From assembly GCA_963745075.1 (NCBI GenBank), contig CAVUWV010000024.1, forward strand, positions 416,001 through 480,000: a DNA stretch of 64,000 nucleotides. Reading direction: 5' to 3'. Every line of letters starts with the position of its first letter. Position 1 is the first letter of the stretch. A program made the position numbers and the translations under genes. Shown here piece by piece: positions 1 to 10,283 of this stretch. This DNA is from Candidatus Hydrogenedentota bacterium (lineage in GTDB: Bacteria > Hydrogenedentota > Hydrogenedentia > Hydrogenedentales > SLHB01). The notes beneath the pieces were generated by a model, which was given only the letters and a program-made list of their open reading frames with translations, had not been told where the DNA came from and did no database searches.

Positions 1-743
1 CTTCCTCGCCATCCGCCACACGCCACAGCGTGTCCGGCGCATGTCGCGTCCGCCGGACCGGCACACCCGGGCAGTGTCGCTCCAGTGCCTCGCGCAGGTC
101 CGCGTCCATATCGTCCATCGCGCCACACCGCGTCAGAACCACCTGCGTTGCCCGCACCAATGCTCTACCGGTTCGCGCAGGATCCCCCGCGGCACCAGCC
201 GCCCGTTCCCGAAGGGGTTCGTCGCGTCGATCACCACGATATTCTCGTCCCGCTCCAGGCGCACGTACTGAAACCCATCATCCAGAATCAGCGTGTCGCA
301 CCCGAACCGCGCGATAGCTTCCTTCGCTGCCGCAACGCGATCCCCAGACTTCGCAATCACCACCTCCGGCGCTTTCCTCGCGATAAGCGCGGGCTCATCG
401 CCCAACCAATTTCCCACATCGACGCGGCTTCACTTCCCGGCACCACCAGCGCATCGCTCGACTCCTTCCTGGCCCCATACCCCCGCGTTAGCACGGCCAC
501 CTTGTGTCCCGCCGCGATCTCCTGCTGCACGCGCTCGATAACGGCCGGCGTTTTCCCCGTGCCGCCCGCCGTGATGTTCCCGAAACTAATCACCCGCGCG
601 TCGACGCGCTCCCGCGGACCGTGCAGACGCAACCACATGCCCGCGCGTTGCACCGGCGTCGCGGCCGTCAGCAGGGCGGCAATCGGGGCGGGGATGGGCT
701 CGCCATTACGAACCTTCTCGGAAAGGGTTTGAAAGAAACTCAT
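1..743 (-). CDS. lpxK: Tetraacyldisaccharide 4'-kinase (split by frameshifts; runs off window start)
   Basis: VISFGNITAGGTGKTP and VLTRGYG in ORF 357..743; GDEPALIA, ILDDGFQY and GNGRLVPRGILREP in ORF 133..417. Confidence 0.9.
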
Positions 744-1957
744 CGCGGGGCGAAACGTTTGCCGCTGAACTGCCGGACGAGTCCCTTCAGTTCGAGCAGC
801 GTTAACGTGCTTAACGCCTCGGAAATGGAAATGCGGCAGTTCTGGGCGATCTCGTCGACGTAGGAGCCGTCCGGCGCCAGCGCGGACAACACGGCCTTCT
901 CCGCACCCGACGCTTCCACGCGTCGCGGCGGCGGAGTGGGGGATGGGGGAGGCGGTGCGGGTGCAGGTGCCTCCGGGGTCCGCTTGCGTAGAAACACGGT
1001 CTTCGCTCGGGATGGATCCGTCGTCGGACTTGACCGCTCGGTCTCAACCGGAACGCCCACGACTACCCCCGCGCGAATTTCCGCCGGCAACTCCAACTCG
1101 ACCAGAATATCCTCGACCGTCTCCACCAGTTTCGCGCCTTCGCGAATCAGCGAATGGGGACCCTGGCTGTTCGTGATACCCACCTGCCCCGGCACAGCAA
1201 ACACTTCGCGGCCCTGTTCCGCCGCTTGCCGCGCGGTAATCAACGCGCCGCTGGTCAACGGCGCTTCCACGACCAACGTGCCCTGGCTCATGCCGCTGAT
1301 GATGCGGTTGCGATAGGGGAAATGTCCCGGCGACGGCTTCGTGCCCATGGAAAACTGCGACACCACCGCGCCCTGCTGCGTGATTCGCTGCATCAAGTCC
1401 GCGTTTTGGTTGGGATACACCACGTCAACGCCGTTGCCCAGGACCGCGATGGTCCGTCCTCCCGCCGACAACGCACCGCGATGGGCCGCTGTGTCGATGC
1501 CCGTCGCCATGCCGCTTACCACCGTGATACCCCGCGCCGCGAGTTCGCGCCCAAACTTCTCCGCCATGCGCAGCCCATAGGGCGAGGCGCGTCGCGTGCC
1601 GACGATGGCCACACAATACTGGTCCTGTTCCAACAACGCGCCGCGCACGAAGAGCAGCAGGGGAGGGTCATAGATTTCGGCCAGCCGCAACGGATACGCC
1701 GGGTCTTCCATCGTAATCACCGACGCGTCGTACTCGGCCATGGCCCGCTGCTGCCCGTCCACGTCCGCCACGTCGGTGTACTGCGTGATCCGCTGGGCCA
1801 GTTTCGGCCCGACCACCTCTTCCAAGGCCCCCCGGCTCGCCCGCAGCACGTTCGACGGACTGTGAAACCGCGCCAGCAACCGAATAAACAACGCCGTCCC
1901 CACGCCCGGCACCAGCGCCAGCGTCAACCAATCCCGTTGTTCATCCGTCAGTCGCAT
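740..1957 (-). CDS. dprA: DNA-processing protein DprA
   Basis: YPLRLAEIYDPP, VAIVGTRRAS, VVSGMATGIDTAAHRGAL, FPYRNRIISG, SGALITA, C-terminal winged helix; start taken at MRLTDEQ. Confidence 0.95.
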   Translation of the reverse strand: MRLTDEQRDWLTLALVPGVGTALFIRLLARFHSPSNVLRASRGALEEVVGPKLAQRITQYTDVADVDGQQRAMAEYDASVITMEDPAYPLRLAEIYDPPLLLFVRGALLEQDQYCVAIVGTRRASPYGLRMAEKFGRELAARGITVVSGMATGIDTAAHRGALSAGGRTIAVLGNGVDVVYPNQNADLMQRITQQGAVVSQFSMGTKPSPGHFPYRNRIISGMSQGTLVVEAPLTSGALITARQAAEQGREVFAVPGQVGITNSQGPHSLIREGAKLVETVEDILVELELPAEIRAGVVVGVPVETERSSPTTDPSRAKTVFLRKRTPEAPAPAPPPPSPTPPPRRVEASGAEKAVLSALAPDGSYVDEIAQNCRISISEALSTLTLLELKGLVRQFSGKRFAPR

Positions 1958-2061
1958 GACAAAACTATAGCAGGAGCCGAATGCATTGTCGACACGCCCC
2001 AACGGGGCACGAATTCTGCCCAAGGAGGAATCTACATCAAGGAAGCTATCGTTGTTCAAAG

Positions 2062-2172
2062 GGGCACGGGCGTCTCGCCCGTGTGTCTGTAGATTCGACC
2101 AAGCCTATTTCCCATCGCGGCTACCGCGGGAGCACCAATAAGATACACGGGCGGGACGCCCGTGCCCCCTTT
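2062..2172. repeat. REP doublet (GGGGCACGGGCGTCTCGCCCGTG ... CACGGGCGGGACGCCCGTGCCCC)
   Basis: Inverted pair of short palindromes; related copies at ~33487-33510 and 62092-62217. Confidence 0.8.
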
Positions 2173-2317
2173 CATTTCGGACTAATTTGGATATTCTTGC
2201 TCGTCTTTAAGATGTATCCGTCGACTGGGGGCGTCATAGCAGCCGCAATTCCCGAATTCGTTTAGTGTGAAATGCATTTTATCTACTCGTATGATGTAGC
2301 GAAACCATGGAGGCACA

Positions 2318-3896
2318 ATGAAATCATTATCCCGTCGAGATTTCATACGAACTGGTTTAGCCACCACGGCCGCCGCTGGGCTCGGATTTCAAAGCATCAA
2401 ATCCTACGCCGCCGAACCCGCGGCTCCCACGACCCGCCCCAATATCCTCTTCATCTTCAGCGACGATCACGCCTGCAACGCCATCGGCGCATATGGGTCG
2501 AAGATCAACCAGACGCCGAACATTGACCGGATTGCGCGGGAGGGGGCGGTGTTTTGGAACAACACGTGCTGCAACTCGATTTGCGCGCCGAGCCGGGCCG
2601 CCGTCTTGACCGGGAAACACAGCCACGCCAATGGGCTGATGACGAACAAAAACACCTTCGACGGATCGCAGACGACTTTCCCGAAACTGCTGCAACAGGC
2701 GGGCTACGAGACGGCCCTCATCGGCAAATGGCACCTGAAGTCCGACCCGACGGGCTTTGATTACTGGGACATCCTCCCCGGCCAGGGCAAGTACTACAAC
2801 CCCGATTTCATCTCCGCCGACGGTACGCGCCAGGTTTTCGGGTACAACACCGACATCGTTACGGACCTGTCCATCCGCTGGATGCAGGAACAGCGCGACC
2901 CGGACAAACCGTTCCTGCTCATGTGCCAGTACAAGGCGCCGCACCGTACCTGGATGCCGGACGCGAAGCACCTCGACCTCTACGCCGACGAAGACATCCC
3001 CGAACCCTCGAACCTCTTCGACGATTACTCGGGCCGCACCAGTTCCATCACCAGGAACAAGATGCGGATCGCGGACGACCTCATGATGGGGTACGATTTG
3101 AAAGTCTTGCCGCCGGAGGAAGGCCGCGACGCCAACCTGTTCCCCAATACGTCATACACGCAGATGTCGTCCGCCCAGAAGGCCGCGTGGGATGCCGCCT
3201 TCGAACCGCGCAACGAGGCCTTCAAAGCGGCGCATCTCGAGGGGAAAGACCTCGTCCGCTGGAAATACCAGCGCTACATCAAGAACTACCTGCGCAGCAT
3301 CGCCTCCGTCGACGACAACATCGGTCGTCTCCTCGATTACCTCGAATGGTCCGGCCAACTCGACAACACGATCGTCGTCTACAGTTCCGATCAGGGGTTT
3401 TACCTAGGCGAACACGGCATGTTCGACAAGCGCTGGATGTACGAGGAATCGTTGCAAGATGCCGCTCGTCGTGCGTTGGCCCGGCGTCATCAAACCCGGC
3501 ACCAAGCTCGAAGCCCTGACCCAAAACATCGATTTCGCGCCCACCTTCCTGGACGCCGCCGGCATCACGCCGCCCGCCGAAATGCAGGGCATGAGCCTTG
3601 TCCCCCTCATGCGCGACCCCCACGCCCCATGGCGCGACGCCATCTACTACCACTACTACGAAGACGGCGGCGAACATAACGTCGCCCGCCACGAAGGCGT
3701 CCGCACCGCCCGCTACAAACTCATCCACTTCTACGACGTCGACGAATGGGAGTTCTACGACCTCGAACAAGACCCCCACGAAATGCAAAGCCGCTACGAC
3801 GATCCCCCCTACGCGGAGGAGGTGCAGCAGCTGAAAGAAATCCTGGAACGCTTACGGGAGCAATACGAATTACCCGCACGTCAAGGCAAGGTCTAA
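2318..3896 (+). CDS. Tat-exported sulfatase (frameshift near 3455)
   Basis: SRRDFI Tat motif, [17 protein letters not shown] formylglycine motif, GKWHL, SDQG; C-terminus continues in ORF 3459..3896. Confidence 0.92.
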
Positions 3897-3921
3897 GTAT
3901 CGCGAGGTTGGTAAGGTCCGG

Positions 3922-4167
3922 TCATGTGGGGAAGATCTTTCTGATGATTTCCTCACGATTCATTCCGAAATGGCTGGCAACGTCCGCCAAGATCGAGGAA
4001 AGGGTACCGACCCTGAGAGGATTGTGGTTAGGAATGGTGACGTGGTGCTCACCTTGCTGCCGCGTGGTCAGGCGCATGTGACTTCCCGTTTGGCGGGTGA
4101 TTTCGTAGTCAAGAGCCTTGAGTGCCTTCGCCAATTCGTTCCCTGAGATATTGCGAGGCAGTCTCAA
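3922..4167 (-). CDS. hicA: HicA-family toxin
   Basis: RQTGSHMRL...HVTIPNHNPLRVGTLSSIL signature. Confidence 0.88.
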   Translation of the reverse strand: MRLPRNISGNELAKALKALDYEITRQTGSHMRLTTRQQGEHHVTIPNHNPLRVGTLSSILADVASHFGMNREEIIRKIFPT

Positions 4168-4370
4168 ACGGTGATGACCTCTTCTCGAACGAAGTGCAAT
4201 CGCACTATCGCCGGTGCCTTGCCCTCGTCAAAGTGGCACCGAACCGCGTCCCGCACGTTCTCGTGCAATTCCGGCAACGAGTCGCCTTCGGTGAATATGG
4301 ATTCCCCCAACGCCCGGGCGATGTACCCGCCTTCAGGCGATTCCTCGACGAGAATAATCAGTTCGCTCAT
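4164..4370 (-). CDS. hicB: HicB-like antitoxin (short form)
   Basis: EESPEGGYIARALGESIFTEGDSLPELHENVRDAVRCHF; overlaps hicA start. Confidence 0.75.
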   Translation of the reverse strand: MSELIILVEESPEGGYIARALGESIFTEGDSLPELHENVRDAVRCHFDEGKAPAIVRLHFVREEVITV

Positions 4371-4612
4371 GGCTACCTCACTGGTTCCATTGAAGTTTGC
4401 CATATAAGTGCCCGTTTCGCAAATGGTTGTCCAAATGCTAAAGTCATACGGGAGTATGCATGGGTGTAGGGAAGAGGGCATCTTGCGGAAACCTTGGAAC
4501 TTCTCCGGGAATACTACCAAATGCCGCAGCCGGAAGGGGTGAACGTCGGAATCCGGATTTTACGGATGAGACGGACCCCGCGGATCTGCGTACCTTTGGT
4601 ACGGAGACCATC

Positions 4613-5662
4613 ATGAATGCACACTTACCGTTGGGATTTCTATGCTTGAGCGCGTTTATGCTGTCGGGCACTTTGGTTAGTCACGCAGAAAATGTCTCAA
4701 AGCAAGAAAAGACCAGAATCACCTTTCCAATAACGCCCGAAGCAGTAGCCGCAGAAATTGACAAAGGTGGTCCTCGCGTGGTGTTCGAGATCTATGACGA
4801 CAACGAAGCTTGGAGCAAATTCCTCGAAAAGACTGCGTCAGGAAAACGCGAATGGTTGGAAATCGCTCTTCGCTGCATGGATGCAGCCGACGCGCACCCC
4901 AGCGAGGAATTGCACGCCGCTTTTGGCGCTGCACTGAAGGACAATCCCGAAGCGTGCCTTGAACTTGCACAAACTACGAAAGCGACACTTCATAGTTCCC
5001 TGTTCGCGACATTTCCGGCCTACGACTACCCGACACTGGATGTGCCACAGGCCGAACTGAAAGCCCGGATTGACGCCGTGACGGCGGTATCAAGGGACGA
5101 TCTTGCGAGTATCAAGGAAGAATGTCTGGCTGACCTTCGAAACGAACTCAAAGCTGTGCGGAAAGAGTTCGGAGCACTCGAAAGTGAACTACCGGAAGAC
5201 AGTCCGCATTACTTACGTTGTGAAGTCGAGGTGGGCCCGTCGAAGCGAACTCCAGAGGATCCGCTTTGCAGGGAGCTTCTATCCGGTCCGAAACACCTTC
5301 GCGAAGCGAATGGCCAAGATTCTGGCAGTGAGATTTTGGAGTTCTATCGCCTCATGGTCTTCGATTCTGACGACGACATCTACACGACCGATGAGGAGCT
5401 TCTCGTGTTTGAACGTGTGAGCGACATTTATCGTGGTCCAATGCAGTGGAAGCGCGATCCGGCGACCGCGCTGAAGTCCGTGCGAGGTGCAGAAGAGCAG
5501 GTACCTTCTGACCTATCCGGCGTCGATGTAATTGGCTGGAACGCGTGGAACTGTGTCCTCATCAAGCTAAACGAGGCTCACTATCTTCTCACAATAACGG
5601 CCCCTGATACAGTTGAAGCCCGCAAAATCGTGGTAGGGACATCGAGCGCAACTGCACGCTGA
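4613..5662 (+). CDS. Hypothetical exported protein
   Basis: Long ORF with signal-peptide-like N-terminus (MNAHLPLGFLCLSAFMLSGTLVSHA), lower GC than its neighbours. Confidence 0.7.
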   Translation: MNAHLPLGFLCLSAFMLSGTLVSHAENVSKQEKTRITFPITPEAVAAEIDKGGPRVVFEIYDDNEAWSKFLEKTASGKREWLEIALRCMDAADAHPSEELHAAFGAALKDNPEACLELAQTTKATLHSSLFATFPAYDYPTLDVPQAELKARIDAVTAVSRDDLASIKEECLADLRNELKAVRKEFGALESELPEDSPHYLRCEVEVGPSKRTPEDPLCRELLSGPKHLREANGQDSGSEILEFYRLMVFDSDDDIYTTDEELLVFERVSDIYRGPMQWKRDPATALKSVRGAEEQVPSDLSGVDVIGWNAWNCVLIKLNEAHYLLTITAPDTVEARKIVVGTSSATAR

Positions 5663-5764
5663 AAGTGTGCCGCAACTCTCCCATGGGATTCTTGCGGACG
5701 TTGAACCCGTGCGCAACGGCAAGAAAGAGCCATAAGTTGTCTAATTTGGTGAGCCAGGACGGAT

Positions 5765-5836
5765 TATGGAACGCGGATCTTACGGAACACACTGATCCGC
5801 ACCGATCCGCTGCATCCGCGAAATCCGCGTTCCATT
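5765..5836. repeat. Inverted repeat ATGGAACGCGGAT...ATCCGCGTTCCAT
   Basis: Same left arm recurs five times in 34.3-35.1 kb. Confidence 0.75.
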
Positions 5837-5853
5837 GTTTTCCTGAGACGGGC

Positions 5854-7656
5854 CTACTTCCCTACCTGAAACCGGTAATTCCAACGCCGGTTCGGCGCGC
5901 TGTCGCCGTTGACGCCGAGTTCCTGGATGCCGTCGAAACTCTGGATGTTGTCGGCCCAGTGGAAGTCGAAGGAAGGCGTGCCGCTCGCTTCGCCGATGAG
6001 GTCACGCGGCACCGCCAACTCAAGTGCGTTGCCCTTGGCCTGATACTTCGCGGTCCCGATTTGCTTCCACGCGCCGTTGTTCCATCGCTGCACAGCTGTT
6101 TCAGAGTCGTTCAAAACCTCGTGGTTGACAAGAATATCGTACCCGAGCCAGCCCGTGGAGGCGTCCTGGTCGGTGTCGACAAGTAGCAGCATCCACATGG
6201 GATCGGTGTGCGGCGTGATCGGGTCGGCGGTCTCGACGTAGAAATAGACCTGCCCATCGTCGTACGCCGCTTTCGACCGCACGATGTCATTCCGGCCGCT
6301 GTCGTTCGCGTAGATCAGCTTGCCGTAGCCGGGGTGGTTCCGGTGAATCACGTCGCCGACGGTGTCGCGGAATTCCGGTTGCACCGTCTCCCAGTCCCCA
6401 AACTCGCCGTCAATAGTTATTTCAGATGGACCCGTGGCCACAGGCAACGGCCGTACCCCCTTGAACCGCCGAATCCAGCTCGCGAGTTGATAGTAGTAGT
6501 TGTCGGTGTGGCCGCCCGCCATGGGCTCGCAGTCGCGGCTGTATTCCTGCGTATACTCATCGACAAAGAGGCCGCCGGGGAAATAACAGTCCTTGTCGGT
6601 ATATTTCGACCACTCGGTGTAGCGTCCGGCGACCCACTCGTTCCAACCGGTAACGAAGATGAACTTCGGGTCGACCTCCATCGCCCGCTTCCACTGCTCC
6701 TCGAAGTTCAGGCCGAGGTTCACCGCGCCCTCCCGCGTGTCTTTCGCGCCGTCGTGCCAGCTCCGGCCCATGGCGCCCCGCTTGTCGGACATGGGGGCCG
6801 GACCCGGCGTGTTGGGCAGCGCATTCTGTCCGACGCCCACGCTCATCTGCTCGGCCTCGCCCGCGCTGTTGCGGAAGACGTGTTGCGGATAGACCTCCAG
6901 CCAGCTCCACTGGTCCGGACCGCTCGGGCCGTCCCAGTAATCCGGCATCGGACGCCGGAACGTGAAGAAGTCCAGCATCTCCGGGTCCTTGACGAACTCC
7001 TTGTTGGCCAGCACGAAGGGTTTGCCGTCCCACCGGAACCATAAGTCGCTCCAAAGGCCCGGTTTATACAAATCGTTCCAGATGCGGTCGAGTACCGGCA
7101 TCGGGTCCCAGAACGGACAGATAAACCCGATGTACGGCGTTTTGTTCCCTTCCGCGCGCATCTTTGTGTATTCGCGGCACAAGGCTTCGTACTCGTCCCT
7201 CCACGTGAACGGCGCGTTGGTTGTATCGAAGAGCACCACATCCACGCCCGCATCGCTCAGCATGCTCGCGTGTTTCCGGATGACGAAGGGGTCCGTCATC
7301 AGGTAATACCCTAATTCCGGCTCGCCCCAATGATACGGACTGCCGTTGCTCGGCCAATCGACCTTGCCGTCTTTCGCCGTGGCGAGCAGCTTAGTGACGT
7401 CGTTCGGACCATCCGCGCCTCGGGGAATGTGCCACGTCCAATAGAAAATGCCGACCCACTTATCCTTCTGTGGCGCCCCCGCCTCGACTGGACCCGGCAT
7501 GGTTCGCCCCAACGCATCCGTCGCGACCCACGTGTCCGCGTACAAATCGCGGTACGCATTCGCCGGCTGGGCGTATGCGGTAGCTCCCGTGGATGTTAGT
7601 CCCAATAAGGTCAGAATCAGAACGCACGTCTTTACGTCCATCGTGTTGAACTCCAT
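5854..7656 (-). CDS. Secreted glycoside hydrolase-like protein (GH99/GH71-like barrel plus C-terminal beta domain)
   Basis: Signal peptide; VGIFYWTWH, HWGEPELGYY, AGVDVVLFD, FVTGWNEW, EYSRDCEP. Confidence 0.7.
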   Translation of the reverse strand: MEFNTMDVKTCVLILTLLGLTSTGATAYAQPANAYRDLYADTWVATDALGRTMPGPVEAGAPQKDKWVGIFYWTWHIPRGADGPNDVTKLLATAKDGKVDWPSNGSPYHWGEPELGYYLMTDPFVIRKHASMLSDAGVDVVLFDTTNAPFTWRDEYEALCREYTKMRAEGNKTPYIGFICPFWDPMPVLDRIWNDLYKPGLWSDLWFRWDGKPFVLANKEFVKDPEMLDFFTFRRPMPDYWDGPSGPDQWSWLEVYPQHVFRNSAGEAEQMSVGVGQNALPNTPGPAPMSDKRGAMGRSWHDGAKDTREGAVNLGLNFEEQWKRAMEVDPKFIFVTGWNEWVAGRYTEWSKYTDKDCYFPGGLFVDEYTQEYSRDCEPMAGGHTDNYYYQLASWIRRFKGVRPLPVATGPSEITIDGEFGDWETVQPEFRDTVGDVIHRNHPGYGKLIYANDSGRNDIVRSKAAYDDGQVYFYVETADPITPHTDPMWMLLLVDTDQDASTGWLGYDILVNHEVLNDSETAVQRWNNGAWKQIGTAKYQAKGNALELAVPRDLIGEASGTPSFDFHWADNIQSFDGIQELGVNGDSAPNRRWNYRFQVGK

Positions 7657-7726
7657 GGCTGATCAAATGTTGCCCATAATTCCGAGCTAGGCCGGACGAC
7701 CTCCCACAAATTTCCATCGTCGGAAG

Positions 7727-7890
7727 AGAACATCCCCCTTGATCCCCCTTCAAAGGGGGAAAACGCGCAACGCTTTGCGTTGCGCTTGGGGGCAGCTTTG
7801 CATCTTCGCCTCGAAGCAGATGCCGATCCTCAGTCCACAAAATGTGTTTGCCCAATTCCCCCTTTGAAGGGGGATCAAGGGGGATGTTCT
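7727..7890. repeat. Composite REP pair (AACATCCCCCTTGATCCCCCTTCAAAGGGGG + GCAACGCTTTGCGTTGC + inverted copy)
   Basis: Near-identical composites at ~42117-42290, 58939-59106 and 61343-61511. Confidence 0.9.
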
Positions 7891-7997
7891 TTATCTCTTG
7901 CGAGTGTCCCGATAATACGGCGCCTTACACCCGCAAGCAAAAGAAAAACCGGGGACGAACCTCAAGTCCATCCCCGGTTCCACGGTCAACACAATCG

Positions 7998-9059
7998 CTA
8001 CAACTTAATCAGAATGTTCTTCTTCCTCAGATATAACGCCGTGCCGTAGCAGACGCCATAGACGACGAACCACCCGATCCACAGCCATACCACGCTGAGT
8101 TCCTTTGGCATGAACCGGAATCCGCTTTCGAAGATGCACCATTGGAGCAGGTAGATGAAGAGCGGATTGATACCCAGCGTGGTGAGATGGGGGATGGTGA
8201 TCTTCAACACATCACACACCAGGTAGAATCCCAGCAAATGCAAGAAGCAGATCGACGACGCCCAGAATGCGTAGGGCATCGTCGTCCAGTTCTTCGAGAA
8301 TGCCCAGTACTCCTTCACATCGCCCCACGGGGCGCGAAGCGCCCAGCCGGCAATGCCGAAGATAAGGGCCCAGCCAAGCAGACCCAGCACGATCTTCTTC
8401 GTATCCCGTGTCATCATGATGTCGTACCCGATGGTGCCTGCAAGCAGCATCATGAGCCAGCTCCAGTGGCCGAGCGGTCCGCCGTTGATGGGGCATTCGA
8501 GCAACGTCGGCCCCATCGGGATTAAATTCCAAATCATCGGAATCGGGTGTTCGTCGCTGTAAAAGCCCGGAACCCGCGCCAACCAGTCGCCGTAGGACGT
8601 CCACGTGAACGACAGTTGGAACAATCCGAGAAACACCAACCCGTACAGCACCCGGACGCTCGGTTTCCGGTCCACGATCCAGATCGCGAGCAGACCGGCA
8701 AGGCCGATATTTGTCAGGGCGTCCCACAAATACCCCGTGTAGAAGAAGAACGCGATCAGGACGAGAAGCAGGTAACGCTTGATAAGACCCTTTCGCGCGT
8801 CGGGGATACCGACCTTCTCCGCACGCCGCTTGAACGACAGCCGCATCCCCATCCCCACCACGAACATGAAGATGGGCGCGATGGTGTCCGCGTACGACAT
8901 CCCGTCGCCACCGCCGGGGTGGTGCAACTGCGACCAGGTGTTGTCGAAGTCGCCGAAGTAATCGACCAACAGCATGCCGAAAATGGCATACCCCCGGAAT
9001 TGGTCGATGGATGAAATTCGTGCCTTGGGTATGACAGGAGTCGCTTTCGCGTCAGACAT
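7998..9059 (-). CDS. Heparan-alpha-glucosaminide N-acetyltransferase-like (DUF5009) membrane protein
   Basis: RISSIDQFRGYAIFGMLLV, ADTIAPIFMFVVGM, LGINPLFIYL; multiple TM segments. Confidence 0.8.
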   Translation of the reverse strand: MSDAKATPVIPKARISSIDQFRGYAIFGMLLVDYFGDFDNTWSQLHHPGGGDGMSYADTIAPIFMFVVGMGMRLSFKRRAEKVGIPDARKGLIKRYLLLVLIAFFFYTGYLWDALTNIGLAGLLAIWIVDRKPSVRVLYGLVFLGLFQLSFTWTSYGDWLARVPGFYSDEHPIPMIWNLIPMGPTLLECPINGGPLGHWSWLMMLLAGTIGYDIMMTRDTKKIVLGLLGWALIFGIAGWALRAPWGDVKEYWAFSKNWTTMPYAFWASSICFLHLLGFYLVCDVLKITIPHLTTLGINPLFIYLLQWCIFESGFRFMPKELSVVWLWIGWFVVYGVCYGTALYLRKKNILIKL

Positions 9060-9317
9060 AGTGGATAGTCCTTCCCCAATTCGCTCAGGCAAACGATTCG
9101 TGATGGTACCAAACGAGCGAGACGAATCCAAAGGCTGTAGGCTGTGAGCTGGAGACGCCCGGGCTCGATCGGAGAGCCTTATGAACTGGACGGATCAGCC
9201 CGATCCGACCGATTGGACCCCTCCGTCCGTCCAGTCCATCACGTCCATACTGTCCATCTCTTCTCGACACTCCGGCTACGGTGGGCCAAAGTGTCCCGAG
9301 TCGATGATACGGCCACG

Positions 9318-10055
9318 TTACCCGTTTCCAGATTCCACTGACTCGAGGAAACCGCGAGCCGACGCCGCGATTTGCTGGAGCGCCGCGCCCTCCGCGTCGT
9401 GATACGCCCGGTCCATCGTCTCGCGGAAATTGAGATCGTCCTCCGTCCGCGCTGCCTGCACTTGTTCAAACGCGACCGTCGTAAACGGCACGGTGCCGCT
9501 CCGTACATCCAGTATGGCCGCCTCGACCGTGCAGTACGCCTTCATCTGATCTTCCCGGATGGACCGGTATTTCTCGTACGAACCCGTTTCTACCCGATAC
9601 ACCAGCAAGAGATCTGCCTGAAACCGTGCCGCCGCTTCCCGCAGATACGGCACCCCCAGCCGCTCCGGCACGAGGATGCCCGGTAACGCGGCGGCATACG
9701 CGATACACGGCGACTGCCGTAAGGACTCCAGAAACGCTTCCGTCGTGTCTCGGTCGAGAATGGGGGAGTCCTCGCTCCAATACCGCTGCTGCGTCCCAAC
9801 CTTCATGACCGCCAAGCGAGGCTGGGCCGGCAATACGACTCCCGCCGATAGGATGCGTTCGATATCCTCATTGCTCAACACCGCCTGATCGGACGGAAAC
9901 AGCGACCCCGTCGATTCCTTCGCGCCACCGTAAGCAGGCCGGACGGCATACGGATCGTACGTCGAATAGGCCGGTTTCGTGGACATGCAGCCGGTCGCCG
10001 TCGCGATCGCGAGCCCCACCGCTATGCAAAAGCACACCCCACGCACGCTGATCAT
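9318..10055 (-). CDS. Hypothetical lipoprotein
   Basis: Lipobox ATATGC after a hydrophobic stretch; LREAAARFQADLLLVY and AAILDVRSG. Confidence 0.7.
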   Translation of the reverse strand: MISVRGVCFCIAVGLAIATATGCMSTKPAYSTYDPYAVRPAYGGAKESTGSLFPSDQAVLSNEDIERILSAGVVLPAQPRLAVMKVGTQQRYWSEDSPILDRDTTEAFLESLRQSPCIAYAAALPGILVPERLGVPYLREAAARFQADLLLVYRVETGSYEKYRSIREDQMKAYCTVEAAILDVRSGTVPFTTVAFEQVQAARTEDDLNFRETMDRAYHDAEGAALQQIAASARGFLESVESGNG

Positions 10056-10283
10056 AGAAATACCCTCCTCCAGCAGCCCCTGCGGCTCCCGGCATACAAT
10101 GATAATGCTCAGTGGAGACAAAGGGTTGCACGGAATTACAACGCAAATTGTTTCACGTAGTTTCAGGCGCGCAGTACCGCGCTCGAAGTGCCTGAGTACC
10201 AGGCTGGAGAGCGACAAGCGAGTTTTGCCGTCAGAGTACCGTACTGCTAAACTTGTCATTGCCTGGTCCACGGAGATCGATCC

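Noticed and set aside
3440..3470. Programmed ribosomal frameshifting in the split genes
   Set aside because: No shared slippery sequence at the breakpoints; unrelated genes are affected, consistent with read errors.
3900..5840. Integron cassette array
   Set aside because: No integron integrase and no attC R''/R' (RYYYAAC...GTTRRRY) boxes recognised.
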